Part shown: positions 18,220 through 28,691 of the stretch, one piece after another | Numbering within the stretch: the stretch's first letter is position 1 | How the letters are laid out: each line of letters starts with the position of its first letter | Assembly (NCBI GenBank): GCA_034669905.1 | Contig: JAXMOL010000042.1 | Span: forward strand, 1-64,000 | Source: Candidatus Hydrogenedentota bacterium | Lineage (GTDB): Bacteria > Hydrogenedentota > Hydrogenedentia > Hydrogenedentales > JAEUWI01 | Length of the DNA stretch: 64,000 nt | Direction of reading: 5' to 3' | The notes under the pieces: generated by a model | Databases searched by the model: none | The model's input: the letters and a program-made list of their open reading frames with translations, nothing else | What the model was told of the DNA's origin: nothing | Position numbers and translations under genes: made by a program

Positions 18220-19701
18220 TTACGAAAGCTGCAAGGCTACGTAGCGGGAATGTCCTTCCCGGGTAATGTTCAACAACACCGTGTCGTTCTTCTTGCCCTT
18301 TTCCATGGCGTCCTTGAATTCTTCGACGCTCGAAACGGGCTGGCGGTTGACTTCGGTTACGATGGTTCCGCGGCGAATGCCTTCCCGAGCTGCGGGGGAC
18401 CCGGCGACCACATCGGCCACGACGACACCTGTCTTGCCGGTGTAGCCGAGTTGCTCGGCAATACCTTCATCCAGATTCTGCAACTGGAGCCCGAGGCGTC
18501 GGTTTCCCTGTGGGGTGCTCCGTTCGGCCACGACTTCATCGGAGTCGAGCCGTCCGAGTTTGACGGACTTTTCTACCTTCTTACCGTCCCGCAGTACTTC
18601 TATCGGCGTCGATTTTCCGGGCTTGGTCGTGGCGACGCGGCTGCGCAGGGCGCTTGCATCGTGGACCACGTGGCCGTCGAAACGCAGGACGATGTCATCC
18701 TGTTCCAGACCGGCTTCGTAGGCGGGGGAACCTTCTACCACCTCGGCAATGAGGGCACCCTGATCACCTTCGATGTCGAACCAGTTGGAGAGTTCGGGCG
18801 TCAGATTCTGGATGGACACCCCGAGGAAGCCACGGTCTACTTTGCCGTCGTCTTTGAGGTCCTCGACGACGTATTTCACCATGTTGATGGGGATGGCAAA
18901 GCCGATGCCGTTGTTGCCCCCACTGCGGCTGAGGATGGCGGTGTTCATGCCCACCACTTCACCACGGAGGTTGATGAGCGGACCGCCCGAGTTGCCGGGG
19001 TTGATGGCCGCGTCCGTCTGGATGAAGTTGGCGTAATCCACAATGCCGACTTCGCTACGGCCCTGGGCACTTACGATGCCCGAGGTGACGGTGAAGTCGA
19101 GACCGAAGGGACTTCCCACGGCGAGGATCCATTCGCCCACGCGGACGCTGTCTGAATCACCGAGGCGGACGGTGGGCAGGCCTTCCGCATCAATCTTGAT
19201 GAGGGCGACTTCCGTCTGGGGGTCGGAGCCGATGAGCGTCGCATCAAAGCGGCGGCCATCCTCCAACGTCACCCGCAACCCGTCGGCTTCACCGGCGACA
19301 TGGTGATTGGTAACGATGTAACCATCCGGGGAGATGATGAAGCCGGAGCCACTGCCGACGGGTGCGGGCATGGCGTCTTCCTGCGGCATCTGGGGAAGGG
19401 GGTGTCCATTACCCCGGGGCCCGAAGAAATGGTGAAAGGGGGAACCATTCGCGCCGGGCGCGCCGGGGTATGCGACGGGTGCCGCCATGGTCTTACTGAT
19501 TTCGATATAGACGACGCCATGGGAGGTTTCCTCCGCTACTTTGACATAGGAGTCGCTCAGGTTTTGCAGGGTTGAAATAGTATCGTTCACATCCGCGCCG
19601 TAGACGACGGGCGTATTGAAAAGGGCAAAGGTACCGGCTGTCGCAACAGCGGCTCCGACGATGCCCAAGCTGTAACCTTTTAGCGTGCTTTTTTGCATCA
19701 T
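18220..19701 (-). CDS. degP: Do/HtrA family periplasmic serine protease with two PDZ domains
   Basis: GSGFII, VTNHHV, IQTDAAINPGNSGGPL, two PDZ domains, signal peptide. Confidence 0.95.
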   Translation of the reverse strand: MMQKSTLKGYSLGIVGAAVATAGTFALFNTPVVYGADVNDTISTLQNLSDSYVKVAEETSHGVVYIEISKTMAAPVAYPGAPGANGSPFHHFFGPRGNGHPLPQMPQEDAMPAPVGSGSGFIISPDGYIVTNHHVAGEADGLRVTLEDGRRFDATLIGSDPQTEVALIKIDAEGLPTVRLGDSDSVRVGEWILAVGSPFGLDFTVTSGIVSAQGRSEVGIVDYANFIQTDAAINPGNSGGPLINLRGEVVGMNTAILSRSGGNNGIGFAIPINMVKYVVEDLKDDGKVDRGFLGVSIQNLTPELSNWFDIEGDQGALIAEVVEGSPAYEAGLEQDDIVLRFDGHVVHDASALRSRVATTKPGKSTPIEVLRDGKKVEKSVKLGRLDSDEVVAERSTPQGNRRLGLQLQNLDEGIAEQLGYTGKTGVVVADVVAGSPAAREGIRRGTIVTEVNRQPVSSVEEFKDAMEKGKKNDTVLLNITREGHSRYVALQLS

Positions 19702-19775
19702 GGCAATCCTTTTGGTTGGGTTTCGTTTACCGCACCCACAAGGGCGGGTAGTAGTTTGTAGCGCTGCCGATGTGA

Positions 19776-19792
19776 TGCATAGTTCGTGCCAA
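19776..19792 (-). promoter_or_regulatory. putative sigma54 promoter of degP
   Basis: Minus strand TTGGCACGAACTATGCA, GG-N10-GC. Confidence 0.6.
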
Positions 19793-19985
19793 CCAGCGAG
19801 GATGTATGTCGATCTGGCCTGTTTACAGGCACTTACAGGGGTTGGTCGACGCTATTCAGCGCGCTTCGCGTGGGTGGGGTATAGGTCTGAAATAGAGCAT
19901 GCCACCTCAGTTTGGGGTGAAAAAGGGTGGGATGAGATACGGCATATTGGGGGAGACAGGGCTGTTGTTTCGAGTGCAGCATCAG

Positions 19986-20460
19986 CACTTCACAGGGTGG
20001 GCGTTGCCCAAGCCGGTTGGTTTTACCATGCCCCTCGTGTCGCTCTGGAGTCCGTAAGCTTGCTTACGCTTTGGATGAGTGAGCTTGCTCGCGTCGGATT
20101 TTGGGTGTTGGGGAGCCCATGGGCAAGAACGGAAGTAGTGGCGATAGGGCCCACGTCCTCGGGGTGGGTGGGGAGCAAGCTCCCCGGGGAAAAGCGACCG
20201 CAAGCTGCCGCACTCCAAAGGTGGGCGTTGCCCAAGCCGGTTGGTTTTACCATGCCCCTCGTGTCGCTCTGGAGTGCGTACGCTTGCTTACGCTTTGGAT
20301 GAGTGAGCTTGCTCACGTCGGATTTTGGGTGTAGGTGCGACTATGGGCAAGAACGGAAGTGCTTGCGATATGGCCCACGTCCTCCTACTGGGTGGGGAGC
20401 AAGCTCCCCGGGGAAAAGCAGCAGCAAGCTGCCGCACTCCACAGGGTGGGCGTTGCTCAC
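19986..20460. repeat. REPIN-like array 2: two 172-bp inverted REP doublets (20046-20217, 20270-20441), 224-bp period
   Basis: Same TGGAGTGCG…CGCACTCCA arms as array 1; near-identical tandem linkers (GGTGGGCGTTGCCCAAGCCGGTTGGTTTTACCATGCCCCTCGTGTCGCTC). Confidence 0.85.
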
Positions 20461-20502
20461 ACTGGGTGCTTCTGCCTGACGCCACAGGATTCGCGGTATA
20501 GT

Positions 20503-22155
20503 TCACCAGCCTGGTCGTAGGAGCGCATACTCGGGAAAGGCAAAAACGACGACCTCTGCGGCATCCCGCGCGACGGAATTACTTTCCATGAGGTGGCGGG
20601 GTACCTCCTGAAATTCTACCGGCCGCTCCAATACGGAAACGGGAAAGCCCAGTTGTTGACTGAACTGCGCGGCCAGGGACGCGCCATGGACGGCGTGCAA
20701 GCGTGCGAAGGGGCCTGCCACCAACACGGCACTTTCCGCCGCCGGAGTAAAAGTTCTGCCGTCGCCGTCCGTTACCGAGCGCATGGTTTGCATTTCGGGG
20801 CGAATCGTCTTTTGCAGTCCCGGCGCCAGGCCAGCCACGGCCTGTTGGCGGAGGGGTAAATCTTTTTCGGTTACGGTATAACGGACCGTCCCATGACTTT
20901 CTGAACCCACCTGCTCCTGAATCCAGGGGGTGGTATAGGCCGCGAGTTCGCCCAGCGTATAACTGGGGACTTCATAGTCGGTCGCCCAATACACGGCATG
21001 TCCTTCGTGACGACGGTGCTTGAGCAGGGGGGCTACATCGGCGACCACCACATCGTGGGCGACGAGGGCGGCGATCAGTTGGTGGTGGGGCAAATAGGCG
21101 GGCGGCAATTCCGAAGCCGGTTTGTGAACCTTGTCCGCATAGAGATGGATGCGGTCCGGCACGGGAATCAGCAGCAAGGTCTTCCCCATGGCGCGCAGCG
21201 AACGGTCCAGCGCATTGAGTGCCCGAAAGGCCGGGCGGTATTGGTAACCCGTTTCTGTCGGGGTGCCCACGAAATCGCGCACGTGGACCAGATAATTGAG
21301 ATCCACCTTTTGAAAAACAAACTGGTCATAGCCGAGGAGGGCCCGTTCGGGTTGGCCTTCGACTTCCCGATAGACGCGGCCCAGATTTTTTTCGATGGGG
21401 TAAATCTGTGCGGACCACCCGCTGGCCCCACCGTAAAGGGCGCGTTGTTGTTGCAGGTGATCGCGGGTGTTGCTGAGCCAGGCTTCGCGAAAGGGGGCGG
21501 GCGTGGAGGATTCCCGGGGCGTCGGTGCTTCGGTCAGTTCCCAGGCCGACCAGCTCACGCCACCGGGCAGGGTGCTGAGGGGCGAAAGCGTGCTGCGGAG
21601 AGATACCTGGGTGGCCACGCCGGAGTCGAAGGCGCCGGCATAACGGGCAGGTGTTTCCTGGTCAACTTCCACCAGGGCACCTTTTAAGAGACGGGGTTCG
21701 CCTTCACCGTCGAGGGCGTAGGCATCCACCTGGGCCACTACGCCCGGGTCGGCGGTGGCCACCACAGAAAACGTATAGCGTTGCGCGGGCTTCACTGCGA
21801 CGGTGGTGCCGAAGCGGGAGGAGAGCATCGTGTCGTGGTCGAAGTTGCGCCACGTCTGTCGCGCCGTGTAGCCCAGGGTATCCAGGTGGCCATACATGAC
21901 ATCACGGGCCACAAAGGAGGCCATAGTGCCGTTGGGCACAGAGAATCCGGTGGGGTTTTCCAGTCCGCCATACCACTCCTGAAAGTCGCCATTGGGCAGC
22001 AGGTTTCGTGGGCTCATCTCAGGGGCCGGGGTCAGGGGCCATTGAATCATGGCGCCCGGCGGGGGAATGATCAGCTCGCGGTTTGGCGCGGGACCACAGG
22101 CCGTCAGGAGGCCCGGCAGGAGTAGCAAGGGCAGTATAATGGCTCTACAACGCAC
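20503..22155 (-). CDS. lipoprotein with CBM-like N-terminal domain and degenerate AlgX/AlgJ-like SGNH domain
   Basis: Lipobox LTAC; NLLPNGDF; LLLIPVPDRIHLY and VYWATD resemble AlgX/AlgJ; start uncertain. Confidence 0.55.
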   Translation of the reverse strand: MRCRAIILPLLLLPGLLTACGPAPNRELIIPPPGAMIQWPLTPAPEMSPRNLLPNGDFQEWYGGLENPTGFSVPNGTMASFVARDVMYGHLDTLGYTARQTWRNFDHDTMLSSRFGTTVAVKPAQRYTFSVVATADPGVVAQVDAYALDGEGEPRLLKGALVEVDQETPARYAGAFDSGVATQVSLRSTLSPLSTLPGGVSWSAWELTEAPTPRESSTPAPFREAWLSNTRDHLQQQRALYGGASGWSAQIYPIEKNLGRVYREVEGQPERALLGYDQFVFQKVDLNYLVHVRDFVGTPTETGYQYRPAFRALNALDRSLRAMGKTLLLIPVPDRIHLYADKVHKPASELPPAYLPHHQLIAALVAHDVVVADVAPLLKHRRHEGHAVYWATDYEVPSYTLGELAAYTTPWIQEQVGSESHGTVRYTVTEKDLPLRQQAVAGLAPGLQKTIRPEMQTMRSVTDGDGRTFTPAAESAVLVAGPFARLHAVHGASLAAQFSQQLGFPVSVLERPVEFQEVPRHLMESNSVARDAAEVVVFAFPEYALLRPGW

Positions 22156-22375
22156 GGTATATGTTCCACGACCCGTTACCTGATAGCCCACGCTCACGAA
22201 GGGGTGGCATCAGGGAATGGGCGACTCGTTTCGATGAGACGGTGCGGAACTTTGCCACAGGGAAGCACCAGAAGGCGATTCGGCAAAGCCCGTGCCGACA
22301 GGATAACAGGAGTTGTCGGTCGAACAAAAATCCCGCGGCCGCCCGATGGCTCTTCGGACCAAATGTCTGGCCGGT

Positions 22376-22405
22376 TTTACAATAAAATGCCGGGGCTCCT
22401 ATAAT
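22376..22405 (+). promoter_or_regulatory. putative sigma70 promoter of glycosyltransferase operon
   Basis: TTTACA-18bp-TATAAT; implies the true start is downstream of ATG 22404 (GTG 22437). Confidence 0.5.
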
Positions 22406-22436
22406 GTCGCACTGCCACCCAACCGGATATCCCACC

Positions 22437-24740
22437 GTGACGTCTTCCCATAAGATCCCCGTACTCATCGCACTTGGCGACTTCGCCAGTGGCGTGACCT
22501 CGTGGGCGCTCCGACTTCGCGAGGCCTTCGCGGGCCACCCGCGCTATGAAATCCGTCTGATGAACTGCGCCCGCACCGGAAACCGCATCGGGCGCTTCGA
22601 CCTCGAGGCCACGACCCGGGCGCGGGCCAGCGAGCTCATTGCAGCCTGTGGGGAAGTCATTGTGGTCCCCAATTTCGTATGGGACCTTTTTCCCGTGTGT
22701 GCCGAGCGGATTGCGGCGGGCCAGCCCCTGCGCTGTGTGGGATTCTGTCGTGCCGACTCAGAGGAAGAGTATTACGCGCCCCTGCGTTGGTATGCCCCCC
22801 TCATCAACCAATTCGCGGGCGTCAGCCCGGCATGCGTATCGGTCCTTAGCGCTCAGCATGAACGGGCCTGCGACGCCTTCCACACCCTGCCCACGGGGGT
22901 TTGGGTGCCGGAACGCCTGACGCGGGACTATTCCTGTGCACCGCTGCGCATGGCCTATGGCGGTCGGCTGGTGCAAGAGCAGAAACGGGTCCTGGATTTT
23001 GTGCCGCTGGTCGAGGGGCTCTATGAACGGGGGGTAGACTTCCGCTTTTCTCTGATGGGAGCGGGCCGACAGAAAGACGAACTGGAAGCCGCGCTGAAGG
23101 CCGTCGACCCCGAAGGGCGTGTGCACTTTCTTGCCCGGCGTAAGCCCGAGGCCATGGCCACCTTCTGGGCGGAACAGGATGTCTTTGTGCAGACCTCGGC
23201 CTTTGAAGGCACGAGTAACAGCATGTTGGAGTCCATGGCCCAGGGTGCCGTACCGGTGGTGACCCATACCGAGAGCGGCGTGGATGGCATCATTCACGAG
23301 GGAGAAAACGGTTTTCTGGTGGAGATAGGTGACATGGCCGCCATGGCAGAGGCCATCGCCCGATTGGCAAAGGATCCGGCCCGCCTGGAGACCCTGGGGC
23401 GTCGCGCACATGCCACGACCCTGCCCTATTCCATGGAAGCCTACGTCGAAAAGTTTACGATGCTCCTCGATGCCTGCATGACCGAGTCACCTCGGAACTG
23501 GCCCGAAGGCCGTGCCATCGTGCCGCCCCAGCCCTTCCATGGCATCCGTTTGCCCGCCGGTGAAGGAAAAGGGTCGGAGAAGGGGCGCATCGCGATCCTC
23601 TTTCCCTCCCCCTTGCGCGGCGGCGCCGAGGACTACACCCTGACCATCGCCGAAGGAGCCGTCCGTGCGGGCTATGACGTGCAGGGCGCCTTTCCCAACA
23701 AGGTGGCGCTCAAGTCGCTGATTGAAGATTACTTTCGCGTCGGCGCTTTTCACAACACCCTCGAAATCTGTGACGTGGGCGCGAAGGCCGGGCAGGCCCC
23801 CTTATACAAGCGCTTCACCCGCACCGTTCGGTTATTGCGGCGGCTGAAGCCCCGCGCCGTGCTCTTCCAGTTGTGCGGCATGCAGTATGGGCTCGTGAGC
23901 CTCTTTGCCTGCGCGTGCCTGGGGATGCCCACCCTGGTGGTCTTTCAGTTGGTGCGCGATGATATTCGGTTTTCCCTTCCCCGACGGCAGCTTCACCGTT
24001 GGATGCGGTATAGGGGACAGCAGTATGTCGCCGTGTCCGCCGCGAACCGTCGGCTTCTCGCCCGGGCCTTTGTCATGGCGGAAGAGGCCATCCTCATCAT
24101 CCCGAATGGGGTGAACCTGACGCGCTTTGCCGATGACCCGGTTCTCCGTGACGGGACGCGGCAGCGCCTTTCGGAGGATTGGGGGATAGCAAGGGACGCC
24201 ACCCTGTGCCTCACGGTGGGACGTCTCGCGCCACAAAAAGGCCACGATGTATTGATTCCGGCCATCCCCCATATCGTCGCTGCCCACCCGAATGTACACT
24301 TTATCTGGGCGGGGGAGGGGCCCTCAAAGAAGGCCCTGCTCCAACAGCTCGAGACCTATCACTGCGCCGACCGGGTGACTTTTCTGGGCCTGCGCGATGA
24401 CATTCCCGCGCTGTTGCAGGCCGCGGACTACTTTGTGCACCCGGCCCGCTTCGAAGGCCAACCCTTCTCGCTCCTGGAGGCCATGGCGTCCGGCCTCCCG
24501 GTAATCAGCACCACCGCGAGTGGCATCCGGGAAGTTATCGAAGACGGTGTCCATGGGCGATTGTGCCCGCCCGATGATATCGCCGCACTGCGCGGAAGCG
24601 TTATCGCCGCCCTCAACGACCCCGCCGGAAGCCAGACCATGGCCACGGCCGCCCGTGAGCAGGTCAACGCGTTCAGCGAAGCCGCCATGATCCGGGATAC
24701 CCTCGCGGCCCTCGAAATTGCTTCAGGGAATATCCCATGA
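22437..24740 (+). CDS. tandem two-domain GT4 glycosyltransferase
   Basis: Two GT-B C-terminal motifs: SAFEGTSNSMLESMAQG and ARFEGQPFSLLEAMASG; GRLVQEQK and GRLAPQKG. Confidence 0.88.
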   Translation: MTSSHKIPVLIALGDFASGVTSWALRLREAFAGHPRYEIRLMNCARTGNRIGRFDLEATTRARASELIAACGEVIVVPNFVWDLFPVCAERIAAGQPLRCVGFCRADSEEEYYAPLRWYAPLINQFAGVSPACVSVLSAQHERACDAFHTLPTGVWVPERLTRDYSCAPLRMAYGGRLVQEQKRVLDFVPLVEGLYERGVDFRFSLMGAGRQKDELEAALKAVDPEGRVHFLARRKPEAMATFWAEQDVFVQTSAFEGTSNSMLESMAQGAVPVVTHTESGVDGIIHEGENGFLVEIGDMAAMAEAIARLAKDPARLETLGRRAHATTLPYSMEAYVEKFTMLLDACMTESPRNWPEGRAIVPPQPFHGIRLPAGEGKGSEKGRIAILFPSPLRGGAEDYTLTIAEGAVRAGYDVQGAFPNKVALKSLIEDYFRVGAFHNTLEICDVGAKAGQAPLYKRFTRTVRLLRRLKPRAVLFQLCGMQYGLVSLFACACLGMPTLVVFQLVRDDIRFSLPRRQLHRWMRYRGQQYVAVSAANRRLLARAFVMAEEAILIIPNGVNLTRFADDPVLRDGTRQRLSEDWGIARDATLCLTVGRLAPQKGHDVLIPAIPHIVAAHPNVHFIWAGEGPSKKALLQQLETYHCADRVTFLGLRDDIPALLQAADYFVHPARFEGQPFSLLEAMASGLPVISTTASGIREVIEDGVHGRLCPPDDIAALRGSVIAALNDPAGSQTMATAAREQVNAFSEAAMIRDTLAALEIASGNIP

Positions 24741-25978
24741 CGGAAAGGCGTCCCCGTATCCTGTGGATTCACCCCGGCGGGCTTTGGCCCATTGCGGGGG
24801 GCGGCGCATCCCGCACCTGGGCTCTCATCGACTTCTTGCGGGCGCAGGGCTATGCCGTGGAATTGGTGATGGGGGATCAGGGTGCTTTCAACGAGGCCAT
24901 CGCGGCCCGGGTGGATAAACTCCATATGCCCGCCCGTTCCAATAGTTCCAACGCCCCGGTGGGATTCAAGCGCCGTCTGCGCAACGCGATCATCGCCCGC
25001 TATAAGGCCCTCGATCCGGAGCGGCGTCTTCTGGCAATGCTGCCCGGACGGAGCGTCGTCGCCTTGCAACAGCGGGATGTGCTGAGCCGAAACCGGCGCC
25101 CCGCCCTGGAGCGATTCGCCGCGACCCTTGCCTACGAAGCCCCCCCCCTGGCGGCCATCGCGAGCTACGCCTGGTTGGCCCCCGTGCTGGACCACATGCC
25201 GCCGGGTACACTGCGTATCCTCGACACCATCGACATCCAACATGCCCGTCGCGAAAACGCCGCGGCGGCCGGCGGGAATCTGGAGCACGTGCAGTGTTCG
25301 CCGGAAGACGAGGCGCGCGCGCTCAACCGCGCCGATGTGTTGCTGGCGATTCAATCGGAGGAAGCCGCCACCCTGAAAGGGATGTGTCCGGAGAAGGAAA
25401 TTCTCTGCGTGGAGCACGCCCACCCCGTGCCCGACTATGTGCCCTCGCCCGTCGACTCCCAGGAGCTTCTCTATGTGGGCAACCGTTATGACCCCAATGT
25501 CCTGGGCCTGGAGGCCATTCTGGCGCAGGTCTGGCCCGAAGTCTTGCGTCAGTGTCCCGCCGCGACCCTCACGGTGTGCGGCCGGGTCGGAGAAACGGTG
25601 CGGCGCGCTCATCCCGGTGTGACCGTTGCCGGACAGGTTCCGGAGCTGGCCCCCTACTACCACCGCGCCGCCTTGGTGCTCAACCCCGTACCCTACGGCA
25701 CCGGGCTGAAGATTAAGACGGTGGAGGGGATGGCCCATGGGCGTGTTGTCGTCTGTACCGAAGCGGGCACGGGGGGATTGGGCGATATCGCCGGGCTTCC
25801 TCTGTGTGTTTCGGAGGTGGGGGAGGCAATGGTGCAGCAGATTGTGGCGTTGTTGGCAGCCCCTGCCGAACGACACCCGCGTGAGAAGGCCGCGTGGGAA
25901 TTCGCCCGGGAGCGATTTGCGCCCGAGAGGGTCTATGGTCCTTTGGTGGACCGTCTGCGCGTCCACGGTGGCGTGTAG
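24737..25978 (+). CDS. GT4-like glycosyltransferase
   Basis: GGGASRT, PVPYGTGLKIKTVEGMAHG; ATGA-coupled to upstream GT. Confidence 0.85.
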   Translation: MTERRPRILWIHPGGLWPIAGGGASRTWALIDFLRAQGYAVELVMGDQGAFNEAIAARVDKLHMPARSNSSNAPVGFKRRLRNAIIARYKALDPERRLLAMLPGRSVVALQQRDVLSRNRRPALERFAATLAYEAPPLAAIASYAWLAPVLDHMPPGTLRILDTIDIQHARRENAAAAGGNLEHVQCSPEDEARALNRADVLLAIQSEEAATLKGMCPEKEILCVEHAHPVPDYVPSPVDSQELLYVGNRYDPNVLGLEAILAQVWPEVLRQCPAATLTVCGRVGETVRRAHPGVTVAGQVPELAPYYHRAALVLNPVPYGTGLKIKTVEGMAHGRVVVCTEAGTGGLGDIAGLPLCVSEVGEAMVQQIVALLAAPAERHPREKAAWEFARERFAPERVYGPLVDRLRVHGGV

Positions 25979-26111
25979 CCATTCCCCGTGTTGCGCCGAT
26001 GCCATAGTGAAACGTACCATGGCAGCTTGCATTGGGCGGCCTCCTTTCTTATCCACAGCCGCATGACGGGCGACCGACGCCCCGCAGGTGAAGCGATTGA
26101 AAAACGACAAC

Positions 26112-27398
26112 ATGAAGCACCTTTCCCGGCGACACTTTTTACAGGCGGGCATCGTGACGCCCCTGGCCTTCAGTCTGGCGGGCTCCCGTGTCGCGCAGGC
26201 CGAGGAGGCGGTCATCCGTGAAGACTGGCCGGTCTTCCTCGGACCGACCCGCAACAACCTATCCCGGGAAACGGGGCTGCTGAAGGAATGGCCCGAAGAG
26301 GGACCGCCCCTCGTGTGGGAGCGGGAAGTAGGCGATGGTTATGGTCCGCCCGTGGTCGCCGACAAGCGCCTCGTTGTATTCCACCGCGTGGGTGATGAAG
26401 AGGTGGTGGCCTGTATTGATGCGGAGACCGGGGCCACCGAGCATTGGCGCTATGGCTATCCCACCCAATATGTGGATCGCTATGGGTACAATGGCGGACC
26501 CCGCTCGGGGCCCTGCATTGCCGAAGGACATGTGTTTGCCTTTGGTGCGGAAGGGGTCCTGACCTGTCTTCGCCTGGATACGGGCGCCATGGTCTGGCAG
26601 CGCACGGTCAATAAAGACTACAACGTACCCGAGGGCTTCTTCGGAGCGGGCGTGGCTCCCGTCGTGGATGGCGGCAAGGTGTTTATTAACGTGGGTGGTC
26701 CCGATGGGGCCGGCGTGGTGGCCTTTGACGCCAAGACCGGCGAAACCCTCTGGAAAGCCGGTAAAGACGCCGCCAGCTACTCCACGCCCATCGTGGGTAC
26801 CATTCGGGGGGAGCGGCTGGTGATCTTTCACACCGCCGACGGACTCCTGGTGGTGGAAGCCGATTCGGGCGACATCCGCTACAGCTATCCCTTCCGCTCC
26901 AAGACCTACGAATCGGCCATTGCGGCCACCCCGGTCTTAATCGACGACAAGGTCTTTCTGTCGGGTACCTACAACATTGGCGCGGTGCTCCTGCAATTGG
27001 CCCCCGATGGCTTGAAGGTTATCTGGCGGGATGAACTTGCCATGCAAAACCATTGGGCCACCAGTGTCTATCACGACGGCTATCTCTATGGGATGGACGG
27101 GCGCCATGAGCGGGGCTCCAACTTTCGCTGCATCGATTTCATGACCGGAGAGATCCAATGGACCGCCGACGAAGGCCTGGGCCGGGCCTCGTTCTTTATG
27201 GCGGAAGGCAATCTTGTGGCCCTGGGGGAGCGGGGTCGACTTGCCCTCATCGAAGTCAACCCGAAAGCCTACGTCGAGAAAGCACGGGTACGTGTTTCGA
27301 GCCGTCGCATCTGGACCCCGCCCATCATGGCGCAGGGCCTTCTCTATATCCGCAACGAGCGCCAGGTGCGCTGTTTCGATTTGCGGGCGACAAAATAA
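26112..27398 (+). CDS. Tat-exported PQQ-binding-like (BamB-like) beta-propeller protein
   Basis: LSRRHFL signal; DWPVFLGPTRN, WPEEGPPLVW, repeated D..TG…W motifs. Confidence 0.85.
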   Translation: MKHLSRRHFLQAGIVTPLAFSLAGSRVAQAEEAVIREDWPVFLGPTRNNLSRETGLLKEWPEEGPPLVWEREVGDGYGPPVVADKRLVVFHRVGDEEVVACIDAETGATEHWRYGYPTQYVDRYGYNGGPRSGPCIAEGHVFAFGAEGVLTCLRLDTGAMVWQRTVNKDYNVPEGFFGAGVAPVVDGGKVFINVGGPDGAGVVAFDAKTGETLWKAGKDAASYSTPIVGTIRGERLVIFHTADGLLVVEADSGDIRYSYPFRSKTYESAIAATPVLIDDKVFLSGTYNIGAVLLQLAPDGLKVIWRDELAMQNHWATSVYHDGYLYGMDGRHERGSNFRCIDFMTGEIQWTADEGLGRASFFMAEGNLVALGERGRLALIEVNPKAYVEKARVRVSSRRIWTPPIMAQGLLYIRNERQVRCFDLRATK

Positions 27399-27418
27399 AC
27401 AGACGTTGGAGTTAAACC

Positions 27419-28651
27419 ATGTATCGCAGTACCCATATCCTTGTCGCCCTGTCACTCCTGCTGCTTTCGGCACAGAGCATGGCAGAAGAATCGAAGAAGT
27501 TTGAGCAGGACCGTTTCGCCATCGGCCTGTGGGTCGACCCACCCGTGGATTCCAAGGCGGAAGCCCGCTACAAAGAGTTGGCCGAAGCGAACTTTAACGT
27601 GGTGATCGGTGGATTTGGTGGTGCCGACGTGGCCCAACAAATCGCCCTTTGTGAAGCCCTCGACCTGAAACTCATCGCCTCGGCCCGGGGTAAAGAGGCC
27701 ACATCGCTACCGGAGAGTCCGGCCATCTGGGGCTATGCGATTCGCGACGAGCCCAGTGCCGACGATTTTCCGGCCCTCCGTGCGGCCTCCGATGCGATAG
27801 CCGCAGCACGCCCGGGGAAATTGCGCTATATCAATTTGTTCCCCAACTATGCCCGGGCTTCTCAGTTGGGGACCGAGACCTATGACGAGCACGTGAAGCA
27901 GTTCATGTCGGTGTTGGAACCCGATGTGCTGTCCATGGACCACTATCCCCAGTTTCATCCGGGACGGGATGGCCGCGCGGGATACTGCGAAAACCTGGAG
28001 ACCCTGCGGATCCATTCCCTGGCGGCAGGCGTGCCCTTCTGGAATTTCTTTAACATCATGCCCTACGGTCCCCATACGGACCCGACCGAGGGGCAGATTC
28101 GCTGGCAGGTCTACACCTCCCTGGCCTATGGCGCCCGGGGTGTCCTTTACTTTTGTTACTACACCCCAGCGGGGAAGGAGTTTCCCAAGGGGGGCGCCAT
28201 CATTCGCCGGGATGGACGACGTACCCGGCACTACGGCGAGGCCCAGCGGCTCAATGCGGCACTGAAACATCTTGGGCCGACGCTGATGAAGCTCACGAGT
28301 ACGGGGGTCGTGCGTGTGTCGGAAGAGGCGGGCGATGTGCCGGCGGATAAACTCGCAGGGCTGGGTATTGCCGATATCACCCGCGAGGCTGTTGACCCGC
28401 CCATGGACTATCTTGTGGGGGGATTCACCCACGAAGATGGGCGGCGCGCGGTTCTGCTCAATAACTACCGCTTTGCGTATACCGCTTGGCCTACCGTAGC
28501 CTTTGATGTGCCTGCAGCGCAGGTGATGGAAGTGGATCAGGAAAGTGGGGAGATACGTCCGGTGATGGACGATAGCCCCTTGATGGAAGGACTACAGGTG
28601 TCGTTGGCTTCCGGCGAAGGACGCTTGTTCTTACTGCCTGCCGCAAAGTAA
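27419..28651 (+). CDS. secreted glycoside-hydrolase-like (TIM barrel) protein
   Basis: Signal peptide; YAIRDEP, YINLFPNYA, SMDHYP, RWQVYTSLAYGARGVLYF. Confidence 0.6.
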   Translation: MYRSTHILVALSLLLLSAQSMAEESKKFEQDRFAIGLWVDPPVDSKAEARYKELAEANFNVVIGGFGGADVAQQIALCEALDLKLIASARGKEATSLPESPAIWGYAIRDEPSADDFPALRAASDAIAAARPGKLRYINLFPNYARASQLGTETYDEHVKQFMSVLEPDVLSMDHYPQFHPGRDGRAGYCENLETLRIHSLAAGVPFWNFFNIMPYGPHTDPTEGQIRWQVYTSLAYGARGVLYFCYYTPAGKEFPKGGAIIRRDGRRTRHYGEAQRLNAALKHLGPTLMKLTSTGVVRVSEEAGDVPADKLAGLGIADITREAVDPPMDYLVGGFTHEDGRRAVLLNNYRFAYTAWPTVAFDVPAAQVMEVDQESGEIRPVMDDSPLMEGLQVSLASGEGRLFLLPAAK

Positions 28652-28691
28652 CGGACAGGTGGGGCTCCAGTATGGCTCTGGGGTCCAACTG

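Noticed and set aside
26049..26057. Perfect DnaA box TTATCCACA
   Set aside because: Single box, no AT-rich unwinding element or dnaA nearby; not an oriC
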